Source of the DNA: Minisyncoccota bacterium | GTDB lineage: Bacteria; Patescibacteriota; Minisyncoccia; JAHIHE01; JAGLIN01 | Direction of reading: 5' to 3' | DNA: 64,000 nt | Assembly (NCBI GenBank): GCA_041661265.1 | Contig: JBAZUT010000001.1 | Location: forward strand, 65,854 to 129,853 | In this document: in pieces, positions 7,653-17,245 of the stretch | Layout: the number at the start of each line of letters is the position of its first letter | Numbering within the stretch: position 1 is the first letter of the stretch | Notes under the pieces: generated by a model | The model's input: the letters and a program-made list of their open reading frames with translations, nothing else | Databases searched by the model: none | Told to the model about the DNA's origin: nothing | Position numbers and translations under genes: made by a program

Positions 7653-10058
7653 TTATTTTCTCTTTTTCTTGCTTCCTAAATAAAGTATAGTTTTGAGCAC
7701 CGTATCCGGAGTGAGAGAAATACTGTCGATCCCCTCCTTCACCACGAATTCCGCAAAGTCGGGGAAATCCGAAGGAGCCTGTCCGCAAATTCCCACTTTC
7801 CTCTTTCTCTTGTGTGCGCCCTTGATGAGCTGCCTTATGAGGATCTTCACGGCTTCGTTCTTTTCGTTTGCGATCGATGCGATCGGACCTCCGTTGTCCC
7901 TGTCGATGCCCAGGGTGAGCTGAGTGAGATCATTGCTTCCGATGGAGAATCCATCAAAAACTTTCGCGAATTCATCAACCAAAATTATATTTGCCGGAAT
8001 TTCCGCCATAACATAGACCCGGAGTCCGTTCTTTCCTCTTTCAAGCCCGGCTTCTTTCATGACAGCAAGAACCTTCTTGCCTTCCTCGACGGTCCTGCAG
8101 AACGGGATCATGACAATGACATTCGTCAGGCCAAATTCCTCGCGGACCTTTTTGATCGCTTGGCATTCCATTTTGAACGCCTCTTTATATCTTGGATCGT
8201 AATATCTTGATGCGCCTCGCCATCCGATCATCGGATTTTCCTCATGCGGCTCGAAATATGTTCCACCGATAAGATTGGCGTATTCGTTTGTCTTGAAATC
8301 GGAGAACCGCACGATCACGTCATTCGGATAGAATGCCGCGCCCAGTTTTCCGATCCCCTGCGATAATTTATCGATGAAAAAATCGGTCTTGCTCTTGTAT
8401 CCCGCGGTGATCTTGTGTATCTTGTTCGCGGTCTGCTTGTCGATCCTCACTCCCTTGATCTTGCCGTCCAGGGCCATAAGCGCCAGCGGATGAGCCTTGA
8501 TGGTGTTGTTGATGATGAATTCTTCTCTCGCAAGCCCCACTCCGTCATTCGGAATGAATGACTGGGTGAACGCCTGTTCCGGTTCTGCAAGATTCATCAT
8601 AACCTTGACCTTCGGCCTCTTGAGATTTTTGAGATCCGTTTTCTTTATCTCAAAATCGATCAGGCCTTCATAGACATACCCTTCCTCGCCTTCAGCGCAG
8701 CTCACGGTCACTTCTTTTCCGGTCTTCAGGACCTCGGTTGCATTCCTGGTTCCGACCACGCACGGGATCCCCAGCTCCCTGGAAACGATCGCCGCATGGC
8801 AGGTCCTTCCGCCGGAATTCGTCACAATGGCCGCCGCGATCTTCATGATCGGCTCCCAATCCGGATCGGTCATTTCAGTCACAAGAACCTCTCCCTTATT
8901 GAAATCCTCAATACTGCTCGCATCCTTTATCGCATTTACTTTGCCTTTTCCGATCTTATAGCCGACACTCGCGCCGGAACACAAAATCCTGCTCTTTCTC
9001 TTGATCTTATATTCTTCCAGGATATTCGCATCTCTCACACTCTGCGCGGTTTCAGGACGGGCCTGAACAATGAACAACTTTCCGGTTACTCCGTCCTTTG
9101 CCCATTCCATATCCATAGCTCGATCATAATGATCTTCAATGATAGTGGCCCACTCAGCAAGCTTGATGACCTCTTCTTCTTTCAGACAGAATTTTTTTCT
9201 ATCCTCAATCGGAACCGCCACATTCTTGGTGGAAATCTTCCCTGATGTGCTGTATACAAGCTTGTATGATTTGGATCCAAGCCTTTTTTCAATAATAGGC
9301 TTGAATCCCTGTTTCAAAGTCGGCTGAAATACATAGAACTCATCGGGAGTGACTTTTCCCTGAACGATATTTTCTCCGAGACCATAGATCGCATTGATGA
9401 CCACCGCGTCTTTGAATCCCGATTCAGTATCTATGGAGAACATGACGCCGCTCACAGACTTGTCCGACCTCACCATTTTCTGCACACCGACTGAAAGAGC
9501 GATTGAGAAATGATCGAATCCCTTGTCTTCCCTGTATGAAATAGCTCTGTTCGTAAAAAGCGATGCGATGCATTGTTTTGTCGCGTAAAGGACATTATGC
9601 ACGCCTCTGATATTCAAATAGGTTTCCTGCTGTCCGGCAAATGAAGCATCGGGAAGATCTTCCGCGGTAGCGCTGGACCTGACGGCCGTATCCACATATT
9701 CGCCATATTGCTTTTCCATTTCATGATATGCATCCGCGATATCCTTGTTGAGATCTTCCGGAAGTTCGGCGGCCATGATCGTATGGCGCACTTTTTCACC
9801 CCTTTCCGCAAGATTCTTCATATTATGAGTGTCCAGATCCTTCAATATCTCCCTGATCTTCTCCATAAGCCCGGAATCTTTCATGAAATGCCTGTAGGCA
9901 TGAGCAGAAAGCGCGAATCCGTTCGGAATATTGACATTTTTCTTCGTGAGTTTCTGATACATCTCGCCCAAGCTGGCATTCTTTCCACCGACAAGACCGA
10001 CATCTTTATTCGTCACTTCCTTGTACCATAATATGTTTTTTTGTTTTCTGTTTTCCAT
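7653..10058 (-). CDS. ppsA: Phosphoenolpyruvate synthase
   Basis: VGGKNASLGEM, AVRSSATAEDLPDASFAGQQET, GGRTCHAAIVSRELG, FSIGSNDLTQL. Confidence 0.97.
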   Translation of the reverse strand: MENRKQKNILWYKEVTNKDVGLVGGKNASLGEMYQKLTKKNVNIPNGFALSAHAYRHFMKDSGLMEKIREILKDLDTHNMKNLAERGEKVRHTIMAAELPEDLNKDIADAYHEMEKQYGEYVDTAVRSSATAEDLPDASFAGQQETYLNIRGVHNVLYATKQCIASLFTNRAISYREDKGFDHFSIALSVGVQKMVRSDKSVSGVMFSIDTESGFKDAVVINAIYGLGENIVQGKVTPDEFYVFQPTLKQGFKPIIEKRLGSKSYKLVYSTSGKISTKNVAVPIEDRKKFCLKEEEVIKLAEWATIIEDHYDRAMDMEWAKDGVTGKLFIVQARPETAQSVRDANILEEYKIKRKSRILCSGASVGYKIGKGKVNAIKDASSIEDFNKGEVLVTEMTDPDWEPIMKIAAAIVTNSGGRTCHAAIVSRELGIPCVVGTRNATEVLKTGKEVTVSCAEGEEGYVYEGLIDFEIKKTDLKNLKRPKVKVMMNLAEPEQAFTQSFIPNDGVGLAREEFIINNTIKAHPLALMALDGKIKGVRIDKQTANKIHKITAGYKSKTDFFIDKLSQGIGKLGAAFYPNDVIVRFSDFKTNEYANLIGGTYFEPHEENPMIGWRGASRYYDPRYKEAFKMECQAIKKVREEFGLTNVIVMIPFCRTVEEGKKVLAVMKEAGLERGKNGLRVYVMAEIPANIILVDEFAKVFDGFSIGSNDLTQLTLGIDRDNGGPIASIANEKNEAVKILIRQLIKGAHKRKRKVGICGQAPSDFPDFAEFVVKEGIDSISLTPDTVLKTILYLGSKKKRK

Positions 10059-10159
10059 TTTATTTTATTATTGTTTAAGTGTTTTTAAAGCATATACATT
10101 ATAACATATAATCGAATACCGCAAAAGTCCGATTTTGCACTGTATTCCGATATTTTACC

Positions 10160-10666
10160 CTATCTTGATCCGACCCGTTTTGAAAGTTCCGCCACGGCTT
10201 TTTCATAATCTTCTCCGGATTCCACGTTAAGGGAAAATCTCCTGTGATCGTTTATGAAAATGATTATAGACCTGCCCAAGATATCAAAAAAATACGCCAT
10301 AACCGCCATAAGATTCTTGTCGGATATGTGATAACCCGAGATCTCCGACCACATGAAAAATTCCTTCCTCTTCTCCCGAGATCTCACAATTTCAATTCCT
10401 TTCTCGTCTATCCTATAGGACTCCAGAGGCTCCCCGCTGTTATATTTTACTTTGGCATTTATATAGTGAGTGAAAGATGCCAGAATTATAAGAGACACGA
10501 GAACAATGATCGCCAGCGGCTTGGAAAATATCAGCAAAAAAACGATTGACAGTCCTATTGTCAGCAGTGTCATGATAAACAGGAACTTCTGGTCCATCCT
10601 TCTTTTTATTCCCTTCTCGCTGATCTCCCACTTTATCTCTTTGATCTGTATGTTTTCCGATCCCAT
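10160..10666 (-). CDS. Hypothetical membrane protein (2 TM plus a possible PH-like beta domain)
   Basis: Two TM segments then YRIDEKGIEI..FFMWSEI. Confidence 0.6.
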   Translation of the reverse strand: MGSENIQIKEIKWEISEKGIKRRMDQKFLFIMTLLTIGLSIVFLLIFSKPLAIIVLVSLIILASFTHYINAKVKYNSGEPLESYRIDEKGIEIVRSREKRKEFFMWSEISGYHISDKNLMAVMAYFFDILGRSIIIFINDHRRFSLNVESGEDYEKAVAELSKRVGSR

Positions 10667-10678
10667 ATTTTTTTTCGC

Positions 10679-11206
10679 TTAAGGCTTCTTTACTATATAT
10701 ACACATAAATTTCCAAAGGGTTCGCATCTCGGGTCATTGGTATCTTCGAACGCCGCAGTCAGCTCATAGCTTTTTCCGTCGGATCTATAGCCGTAAAAAC
10801 GGGAACCGGAAAGGGGGTCTATATAGTTCTTTTTAAGATACCAGTCTTGGCGGAGAAGCTTATATATGTAGCTGTTTTCGTCGCTTATCTTTTCGTATCC
10901 GTTCGTTATCGGATATTCGTTCTGATTGTATTTTGCATATTCATCTATGGCATAACTGATATCGCCGAGATCTTTTACTCTTTGATTATCGCGATCGTCG
11001 GGAGTCTGGTTGGCAGTTGGAATTTCCGGTGAAACCGCCTCGGGAAGCTCTCCCGTATCTATTTCCTTCACAGGCACAACAACGCTTTCCCCTTCAGTGA
11101 TGCCCTTTTGATCGGAATAGCTTTTCCAGACAGAATATCCGCCAAAAATTATCATTGCAACGATCGCTATGATGATTATTTTTCTGTAATTGCTTTTTAT
11201 TTCCAT
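10679..11206 (-). CDS. Membrane-anchored pilin/T2SS-G-like domain protein
   Basis: One TM, then RDNQRVKDLGDI..EYP..IDPL..YGYRSDGKSYELTAAFE. Confidence 0.7.
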   Translation of the reverse strand: MEIKSNYRKIIIIAIVAMIIFGGYSVWKSYSDQKGITEGESVVVPVKEIDTGELPEAVSPEIPTANQTPDDRDNQRVKDLGDISYAIDEYAKYNQNEYPITNGYEKISDENSYIYKLLRQDWYLKKNYIDPLSGSRFYGYRSDGKSYELTAAFEDTNDPRCEPFGNLCVYIVKKP

Positions 11207-11282
11207 GGCTTAAATGATATTCTTAGATACGATCGGATCTTTTTATATTATACCAATAATACCGCGTTTTTGAAACATACCG

Positions 11283-12470
11283 TCAGTTTTTTCCGACAGC
11301 CTTCCTGAAGTTGTTATAGAAAAACAATAACGCGGCAACCGAAACGAAGAAAAGGTTTATGGCCATTCCATAAAAGATCGAGAGTTCGCCGGAGGCTTTT
11401 CCCACCATGACTATTATCACCGAGAATAGGAGAAGATAAAGCTGCGACTGGATGCTGATCGTCGTCGCCCTGTGACTGGAAGGCACGATCTTGTTTATTA
11501 GGCTCGTGATATAAACATACTGAGTTCCAAAATTGAAAGAAAGAAGAGCGATGAAGAACAGGATCAGCGCGAGATTCTTTGTCATAAAAGCCAAAGAACA
11601 AAATACCGTAACGAGGAGATAAAAAACAATTATTTTTTTCTGGCTGAATTTTTTTTCAAAATAGGGATAGGACATCGACCCCATCGAACTCGAAAGATTG
11701 ACCCCCACATACACAAAACTGAGATAAAGAACGGTCAGGCCTGCAAAGTCCAGCACCGGCTGATAGTAATAGAACAAGACGTCCGACGCGGCAAGCATTA
11801 GGGAAAATGTGACTATGATCAGCCAGACATTCCCTTCTTTCATCAGGAATTTCAGTCCGTCCTTCACCTGGCCAAAATGGCCGCCTATGGATTTCTGATA
11901 TGCGGGTTCTTTCAGTGTTGAAAGAACAGCGATCAAGCCCAAGCTTGAAAAAACAGCAAGGAGGAACGGGAGCTTGAGATCGATCGAATAAGCGAAAGCT
12001 CCCGCGACCGAAGCCACGATCCTGCTCCAGAAAAAGCAGACCATGATCTTGGATTGCGTTTTTTCATATTTGCTTTCCTCGCCAAGATTAAGAAGCGTAT
12101 CATAAACGATCGCAGAATCGGTTCCGGACCGGAGCGCGCTTGAAAATCCCATAAAAACCATCGAAATGAAGAAGTGTTCAAATGTTCCTCCCAAAAACAG
12201 CATCAAGGATGAAAGCGAGGAAAATGCAGTACCGATGATCAAAACATTCTTTCTGGAATATTTATCGGCCCAAACGCTCGAAGGTATCTCAAAAATGACC
12301 TGCACAAGGACCAGCGTACTTAGCAGGATACCAACCCGACCGAGAACAAGCCCGCTATGCAGCAGATACAAAATGAAAATAGGCAATGGAAACCAAAGTG
12401 CTTCGAGAAATCCCATGAGATAGAATTTCCTGATATTGGATCTCAAATTCATGCTCCAAAAATCAAACAT
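11283..12470 (-). CDS. MFS transporter
   Basis: About 12 TM; FEIPSSVWADKYSRK, SGTDSAIVYD, VPSSHRATTIS. Confidence 0.9.
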   Translation of the reverse strand: MFDFWSMNLRSNIRKFYLMGFLEALWFPLPIFILYLLHSGLVLGRVGILLSTLVLVQVIFEIPSSVWADKYSRKNVLIIGTAFSSLSSLMLFLGGTFEHFFISMVFMGFSSALRSGTDSAIVYDTLLNLGEESKYEKTQSKIMVCFFWSRIVASVAGAFAYSIDLKLPFLLAVFSSLGLIAVLSTLKEPAYQKSIGGHFGQVKDGLKFLMKEGNVWLIIVTFSLMLAASDVLFYYYQPVLDFAGLTVLYLSFVYVGVNLSSSMGSMSYPYFEKKFSQKKIIVFYLLVTVFCSLAFMTKNLALILFFIALLSFNFGTQYVYITSLINKIVPSSHRATTISIQSQLYLLLFSVIIVMVGKASGELSIFYGMAINLFFVSVAALLFFYNNFRKAVGKN

Positions 12471-12486
12471 ATTCGATCATAACAAT

Positions 12487-12981
12487 TTATTCTGCAACCA
12501 GCGGATTTCTTCCTGCATCGATCTCCTCTTTGTCGGAAAGTCCATCACCATCCGTGTCGAATTTATAAGGATCCGTTCCGAGTTTTTTTTCTTCAGGGTC
12601 AGTGAGACCGTCGCTATCGCTGTCCAATTGCCCAGGACCGTTGGGATCATAGCCGGCCGACACCTCAACGCCATCTTCATAACCATCTCCGTCAGTATCT
12701 TTTACAAGTGGATCCGTTTTCCATGTCTTCACTTCATCAAAATCAGAAAGACCGTCGCCATCCGTATCGGCCAGATTTTTGTCGGTCCCAAGTTTTTCTT
12801 CTTCATCATCGAACAGCCCATCGCCGTCCGTGTCAACTTTTTTCGGCTCTTCTTTTTTTTCGGTGACAACCGGCGCGGGTGTATCCGCAACCTCCTCTTT
12901 CTTTCTGATCGAACACCCGGAAAAATACACCGCAATCAGAATAAGCACCGCCAGCATGGATATTTTTTTTATGTTTTTCAT
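12487..12981 (-). CDS. Lipoprotein with thrombospondin-type-3-like Ca-binding repeats
   Basis: FSGC lipobox; five D(T/S)D(G/S)DG(L/Y)xD..E repeats. Confidence 0.85.
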   Translation of the reverse strand: MKNIKKISMLAVLILIAVYFSGCSIRKKEEVADTPAPVVTEKKEEPKKVDTDGDGLFDDEEEKLGTDKNLADTDGDGLSDFDEVKTWKTDPLVKDTDGDGYEDGVEVSAGYDPNGPGQLDSDSDGLTDPEEKKLGTDPYKFDTDGDGLSDKEEIDAGRNPLVAE

Positions 12982-13002
12982 ATTTTTGATTATGATAAAT
13001 TA

Positions 13003-13974
13003 TTAACCGGCCACCTTGCTGCCCACATTTCCATATTCATCCATCTGCTTCAGGATCTCTATCCTTCTCTCGATCGGCGGATGGCTGTGAAAAAAAGATT
13101 CCCACCAAGGTCCTGATCCTTTCCTGAAAGGGCTTGAAATATAGAGATGGGCTGTCGAATAATTCCGGGTCTCAAGAGGATGGCTGTCAGCTGCGATCTT
13201 TTCCAGCGCCAGCGCAAGCCCCATCGGATATCTTGTGAAAAGCACTCCTTCCGCATCGGCCAGAAACTCCCTCTTTCTCGATATACCGTAAAAAACAAGC
13301 TCTTCTATGAATGGAATGAAGGAGAGAACCAGGGCAAGAGACATTCCTATAAGTATTATGCCATAGAACATGCTCATAATGAAAGCCTTGATCAAAGACT
13401 CCGCAGCATCTTCGGAACTCAGGAATTCTGAGAACCATTTGATCATGTTTACCACGATATCCACGATCCTCCTTATGAACCCCATAAGGAACACCAGGGA
13501 AGTTGCGAGCATGACATCATTATTCTCGATGTGCGCGATCTCATGAGCGACCACCCCCTCAAGCTCAAGATTATCCAATCTTGAAAGCGCTCCTTCGGTC
13601 AGAACCAGGACGGCATTTTCAGGCTTTTTTCCTATCGTAAAAGCATTGATCGCGATATCCGGAGTTTTGCAGATCTTCGGAACAGGGATCCCCGCGACCT
13701 TGCTCAGATTTTCGACAGTATTATAAAGGTCCTCATGATCTTTCCGGTCAAGCGCAACCGCCCTGTTTTCTTTCAATATCAGCTTATTCGAAAAAATGTA
13801 ATCGCCAAAACTCGCAGCCAGCAAGATCGCCAGCGCCAATGCGGCATAAAAGTGATTTCTCAGAAGCATGAGATCGACTATATAGGCGGCAATAGCCAGA
13901 AAGATGACAAAAACCGAAACAAATATCATCGTCTGTTTCATGTTCTCGTCTATCCTGTTATATGTTGTCGGCAT
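13003..13974 (-). CDS. M48 zinc metalloprotease, HtpX paralogue
   Basis: INAFTIG, LEGVVAHEIAH, ISRKREFLAD, SHPP. Confidence 0.9.
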   Translation of the reverse strand: MPTTYNRIDENMKQTMIFVSVFVIFLAIAAYIVDLMLLRNHFYAALALAILLAASFGDYIFSNKLILKENRAVALDRKDHEDLYNTVENLSKVAGIPVPKICKTPDIAINAFTIGKKPENAVLVLTEGALSRLDNLELEGVVAHEIAHIENNDVMLATSLVFLMGFIRRIVDIVVNMIKWFSEFLSSEDAAESLIKAFIMSMFYGIILIGMSLALVLSFIPFIEELVFYGISRKREFLADAEGVLFTRYPMGLALALEKIAADSHPLETRNYSTAHLYISSPFRKGSGPWWESFFHSHPPIERRIEILKQMDEYGNVGSKVAG

Positions 13975-13986
13975 GATAATAATTAT

Positions 13987-15138
13987 CTATGAAATAATAT
14001 CGATATAATTGCCATATTCCTCCTTGACCGGCACGAGTTTTTCATATGACGGAATATTCTCTATGTTCAGTTTTTTCACCAGAAAATCTTCCACATAATC
14101 GAAATATTGGTCAAGGTCGCCGATCGCCAGATCGTTCCGGGTCCCTCCGTCCTCGCGCTGTCTTACACATGAGTTATTATAGCTTATATAGAGAATAAAA
14201 TAATAGGTCTGAAAAAACATGGCGATGACGGTACTGATGATCACAAAAGGCACCGCGGCGATCCAATAGACCAGCGCCGAATTGGGATCGGAAAGGCTGA
14301 TATAGTCGCTTCCCAAAATGAATATCAGCTGGCAGAGGAAGATATAAAGCGAAAATATAAGAAGATAGAAAGCTATCGAAAAGACAAGTCCGAACATGCC
14401 CACCGACGACCATTTTTTGTTTATCAGATAACTCTTTATAGCAGCATGCTTCGGCAAACTCCGATAATATGCATAATCTATAGAAGTGTAATTCATCAAG
14501 TTTGAGACCATTGCGATCGAAAAATACTGGCTGAAACTTATGCCGGTGTCGCTTGAAAAAAGAAATCTCCTCCTCATATGCCAAAGAGTATTGTGTACAT
14601 AATACCTGATCCACAATTTCTGAAAAGTCAGATTGAGGATGCCGGAAATATCGGAAAGTTCTTCTCTGAATATCTGAGAATAGGAATGATTCGCATTCTC
14701 GTTCGACACCGATTCAAACAGCTTCTTGAAAAAGACCACGTTCAAAAAAGTTATGATCGCCGGCATCAAAATAAGAAAGAACCAGAATGGCATCGTGATC
14801 CAGATGATAATGACGGCAATGCTGAACAGAGCATATATCATCTCAAAAGAGAATATCGACGTGACACTGACTGACCATCCGGGCCCGGTCAGAATATCCA
14901 TCATTGTATCGAGATTGAAAAAAAGGAACAGGCATATGGCCGGAAGAATGATGAGAGCCAGAACAACTGACGATATATGTAAAAAATACAAAGATCTGTT
15001 CCGGCAAAACACCGCCCAGGATAATCTTATGATCTTCAGACCCAATGAAAATCCATTGCTCCTTGAAGCAATGATGGCAAAAGCAATGGCAATGGCCCCG
15101 AAAATAATACCCAGTATATCATAAAATTGTATCTGCAT
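13987..15138 (-). CDS. Hypothetical polytopic membrane protein
   Basis: Multiple TM segments; within the co-oriented gene run. Confidence 0.65.
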   Translation of the reverse strand: MQIQFYDILGIIFGAIAIAFAIIASRSNGFSLGLKIIRLSWAVFCRNRSLYFLHISSVVLALIILPAICLFLFFNLDTMMDILTGPGWSVSVTSIFSFEMIYALFSIAVIIIWITMPFWFFLILMPAIITFLNVVFFKKLFESVSNENANHSYSQIFREELSDISGILNLTFQKLWIRYYVHNTLWHMRRRFLFSSDTGISFSQYFSIAMVSNLMNYTSIDYAYYRSLPKHAAIKSYLINKKWSSVGMFGLVFSIAFYLLIFSLYIFLCQLIFILGSDYISLSDPNSALVYWIAAVPFVIISTVIAMFFQTYYFILYISYNNSCVRQREDGGTRNDLAIGDLDQYFDYVEDFLVKKLNIENIPSYEKLVPVKEEYGNYIDIIS

Positions 15139-15179
15139 GATCCCTTTCTTTGATTATCTCATTAAACGCCGGCGACGGA

Positions 15180-16175
15180 TCAATCGACTTTAAAATTCCG
15201 CATCCAGTCGCTCCGATAATCCACGTTGAACTGCCGGAAGAACTTCACCTCGCTCACCTGCGCGCACCATTCATCCCCATACATGAAGATCGACCGGGTA
15301 ATATCCGAAAAATATTCATAATTTGTGACCGGATTGCACCTCGCGCTGAGAATGGCATAGTTTACTATATTTCCGACAAATCCCGCATCGCTCCGGAAAT
15401 TCTTCAGATGCTCGGCTTCGTGCACAAGAACCGAAGCAAAAAATATATTATCCTCGACCGAATCAAAAGGAGAAGCAAAAACACCGTTTATCTCAATGAG
15501 ATTATCCGGCATATGAGCAAGCCCGAGGAACAGACCCATATCCCTTGCGGGAAATACGAAGGATTCTGTATTGGAAACGATCTTTTCATATGCTCTCGGA
15601 TCAATGGCCCTGAGAAAATCCAGAGTGTCCGAAAGGTTCTTGATGCCGGATAAGGGTCCCTTTGCCGTTCGGAGGAGATATCCGGCCTTCTCGTCCAGAG
15701 CTGCGCTGTTCTCATAGTTCAAAATCCTCTGGTGTGTGAATGCATCGAAAAAACTATTGAAAAGCGTCAGAATGATCACGATGTTGATGGCCATGAATAT
15801 CCTCACCGCTTTTTCGAATTCAGCGATATTGGGAAATATGCGGTCATAGAATCTCACAAATCCCCCGGTTATGCTTTCCCTGGCCTCGGGAGTAAATTTG
15901 TTTTTCCTTGAAAGATAAATGAGCGAGATCCTGACCAATGAATAAAGCAGGAAAAAGCTCAGGCTGAAAACTCCGACAATGCTGGGGAAAAGCTCGAACT
16001 GAAAAACAAGAGATAACAGAAAAAAAGAGATCTTATATAGCGCTATGGACGCTGCAAAAACAAGAAGGTATATAGTGAACTCGAAAACAAACCCCCTGAA
16101 ATTATCTTTTTTCAATTTCAGAAGCTTCCACCAAATTATAGAAAGCAATGTAAGAATAATCAGATCTCCGATCAT
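15180..16175 (-). CDS. Membrane protein with an HExxH zincin-like domain
   Basis: Four TM, then FASVLVHEAEH ... GDEWCA (candidate third ligand E). Confidence 0.65.
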   Translation of the reverse strand: MIGDLIILTLLSIIWWKLLKLKKDNFRGFVFEFTIYLLVFAASIALYKISFFLLSLVFQFELFPSIVGVFSLSFFLLYSLVRISLIYLSRKNKFTPEARESITGGFVRFYDRIFPNIAEFEKAVRIFMAINIVIILTLFNSFFDAFTHQRILNYENSAALDEKAGYLLRTAKGPLSGIKNLSDTLDFLRAIDPRAYEKIVSNTESFVFPARDMGLFLGLAHMPDNLIEINGVFASPFDSVEDNIFFASVLVHEAEHLKNFRSDAGFVGNIVNYAILSARCNPVTNYEYFSDITRSIFMYGDEWCAQVSEVKFFRQFNVDYRSDWMRNFKVD

Positions 16176-16184
16176 AATGCTTTT

Positions 16185-17228
16185 TTATTGCCGAAATAGC
16201 CTATTATAATTCTCCTCGTCTATGATCCTTATCTGCTCCTTCAGTTTCCTGTAGTCGTCCGGAAAAAAAACATCTGCGGGAGCAACGACCAGCGGATCGT
16301 GCCCATATTTTATCTCACTGAAATCATTATATCCGTCCGAATCCGTGTCTGCTTTGTTCGGGTCACTCGAAACGACAAATTCTACATTATTTGAAAGCCC
16401 ATCGCTGTCGTTATCCTCCCCTTTAACAATATTATCTTCTTCCGGCAAGCTTGATTCCGGCAAGGGCGCAGCATCCCCGGCATCCGTATCCATCGAAGAA
16501 GTGTCCCCGCTTTCACCGACGCTTGCATCGACAGGATCTTTTGCATCACCCGCAGGAATATTCCCGCTTTCCTCTTGTCCGCTCACTGGGGATATAGAGC
16601 CGGCGCAACTCATCCTCCTGACAAAATCAAATGCACGATCACTGTTGAATTTGTCCGCCTTGTTCGTTATAAGGATCACAATGACGCTATCCGCGCAATC
16701 TATCTTTCCTAAAAAACCCGAGATCTTATCGTTAAGGTTCTGATATCCCTCATTTTCTATCATATTGTAATTCACTTCCGCCCTGCCGTCTTCGATCTTG
16801 CCCGTTCCTCTCACCGCATAACTGTCCGCCGCATAAAATTCTATGAATATCTCGTCATTCGATTTCTTGTCTTCGCTTTTGGTTGAATCATATCTCAGAT
16901 GCGCGTCGGAGAAACCTTTTGACATCGCCAGAATATTTATTTCATTTCCGTTCTTTTCGTCCAGTATTTCAACATTTTTTGCCATGTCGTTGAACATCTT
17001 TAATTTGAAAGCGCCCTGAAAAACAAAATAATCGTCTATAAGCTCCCAGTTTCCGATCTTTTTCGCCTCCTCAAGACCTATCTTCCTCTCGTCAAGATCG
17101 CGATAGTACCAAGTCAGGCCTGCAGCGCCGGCGACAACCAAAAGCACCAGGGCTGCGAGCGATAACTTCACGGCAACTCCCCGGAAAAACTTCTTGTTAT
17201 ATGATTGTATCTGTTCGTATTGATCCAT
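16185..17228 (-). CDS. Membrane-anchored protein with C-terminal TSP3-like Ca-binding repeats
   Basis: One TM; DNDSDGLSN, DTDSDGYNDFSEIKYGHDPL. Confidence 0.75.
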   Translation of the reverse strand: MDQYEQIQSYNKKFFRGVAVKLSLAALVLLVVAGAAGLTWYYRDLDERKIGLEEAKKIGNWELIDDYFVFQGAFKLKMFNDMAKNVEILDEKNGNEINILAMSKGFSDAHLRYDSTKSEDKKSNDEIFIEFYAADSYAVRGTGKIEDGRAEVNYNMIENEGYQNLNDKISGFLGKIDCADSVIVILITNKADKFNSDRAFDFVRRMSCAGSISPVSGQEESGNIPAGDAKDPVDASVGESGDTSSMDTDAGDAAPLPESSLPEEDNIVKGEDNDSDGLSNNVEFVVSSDPNKADTDSDGYNDFSEIKYGHDPLVVAPADVFFPDDYRKLKEQIRIIDEENYNRLFRQ

Positions 17229-17245
17229 ATGAACTTAAATGAAGA

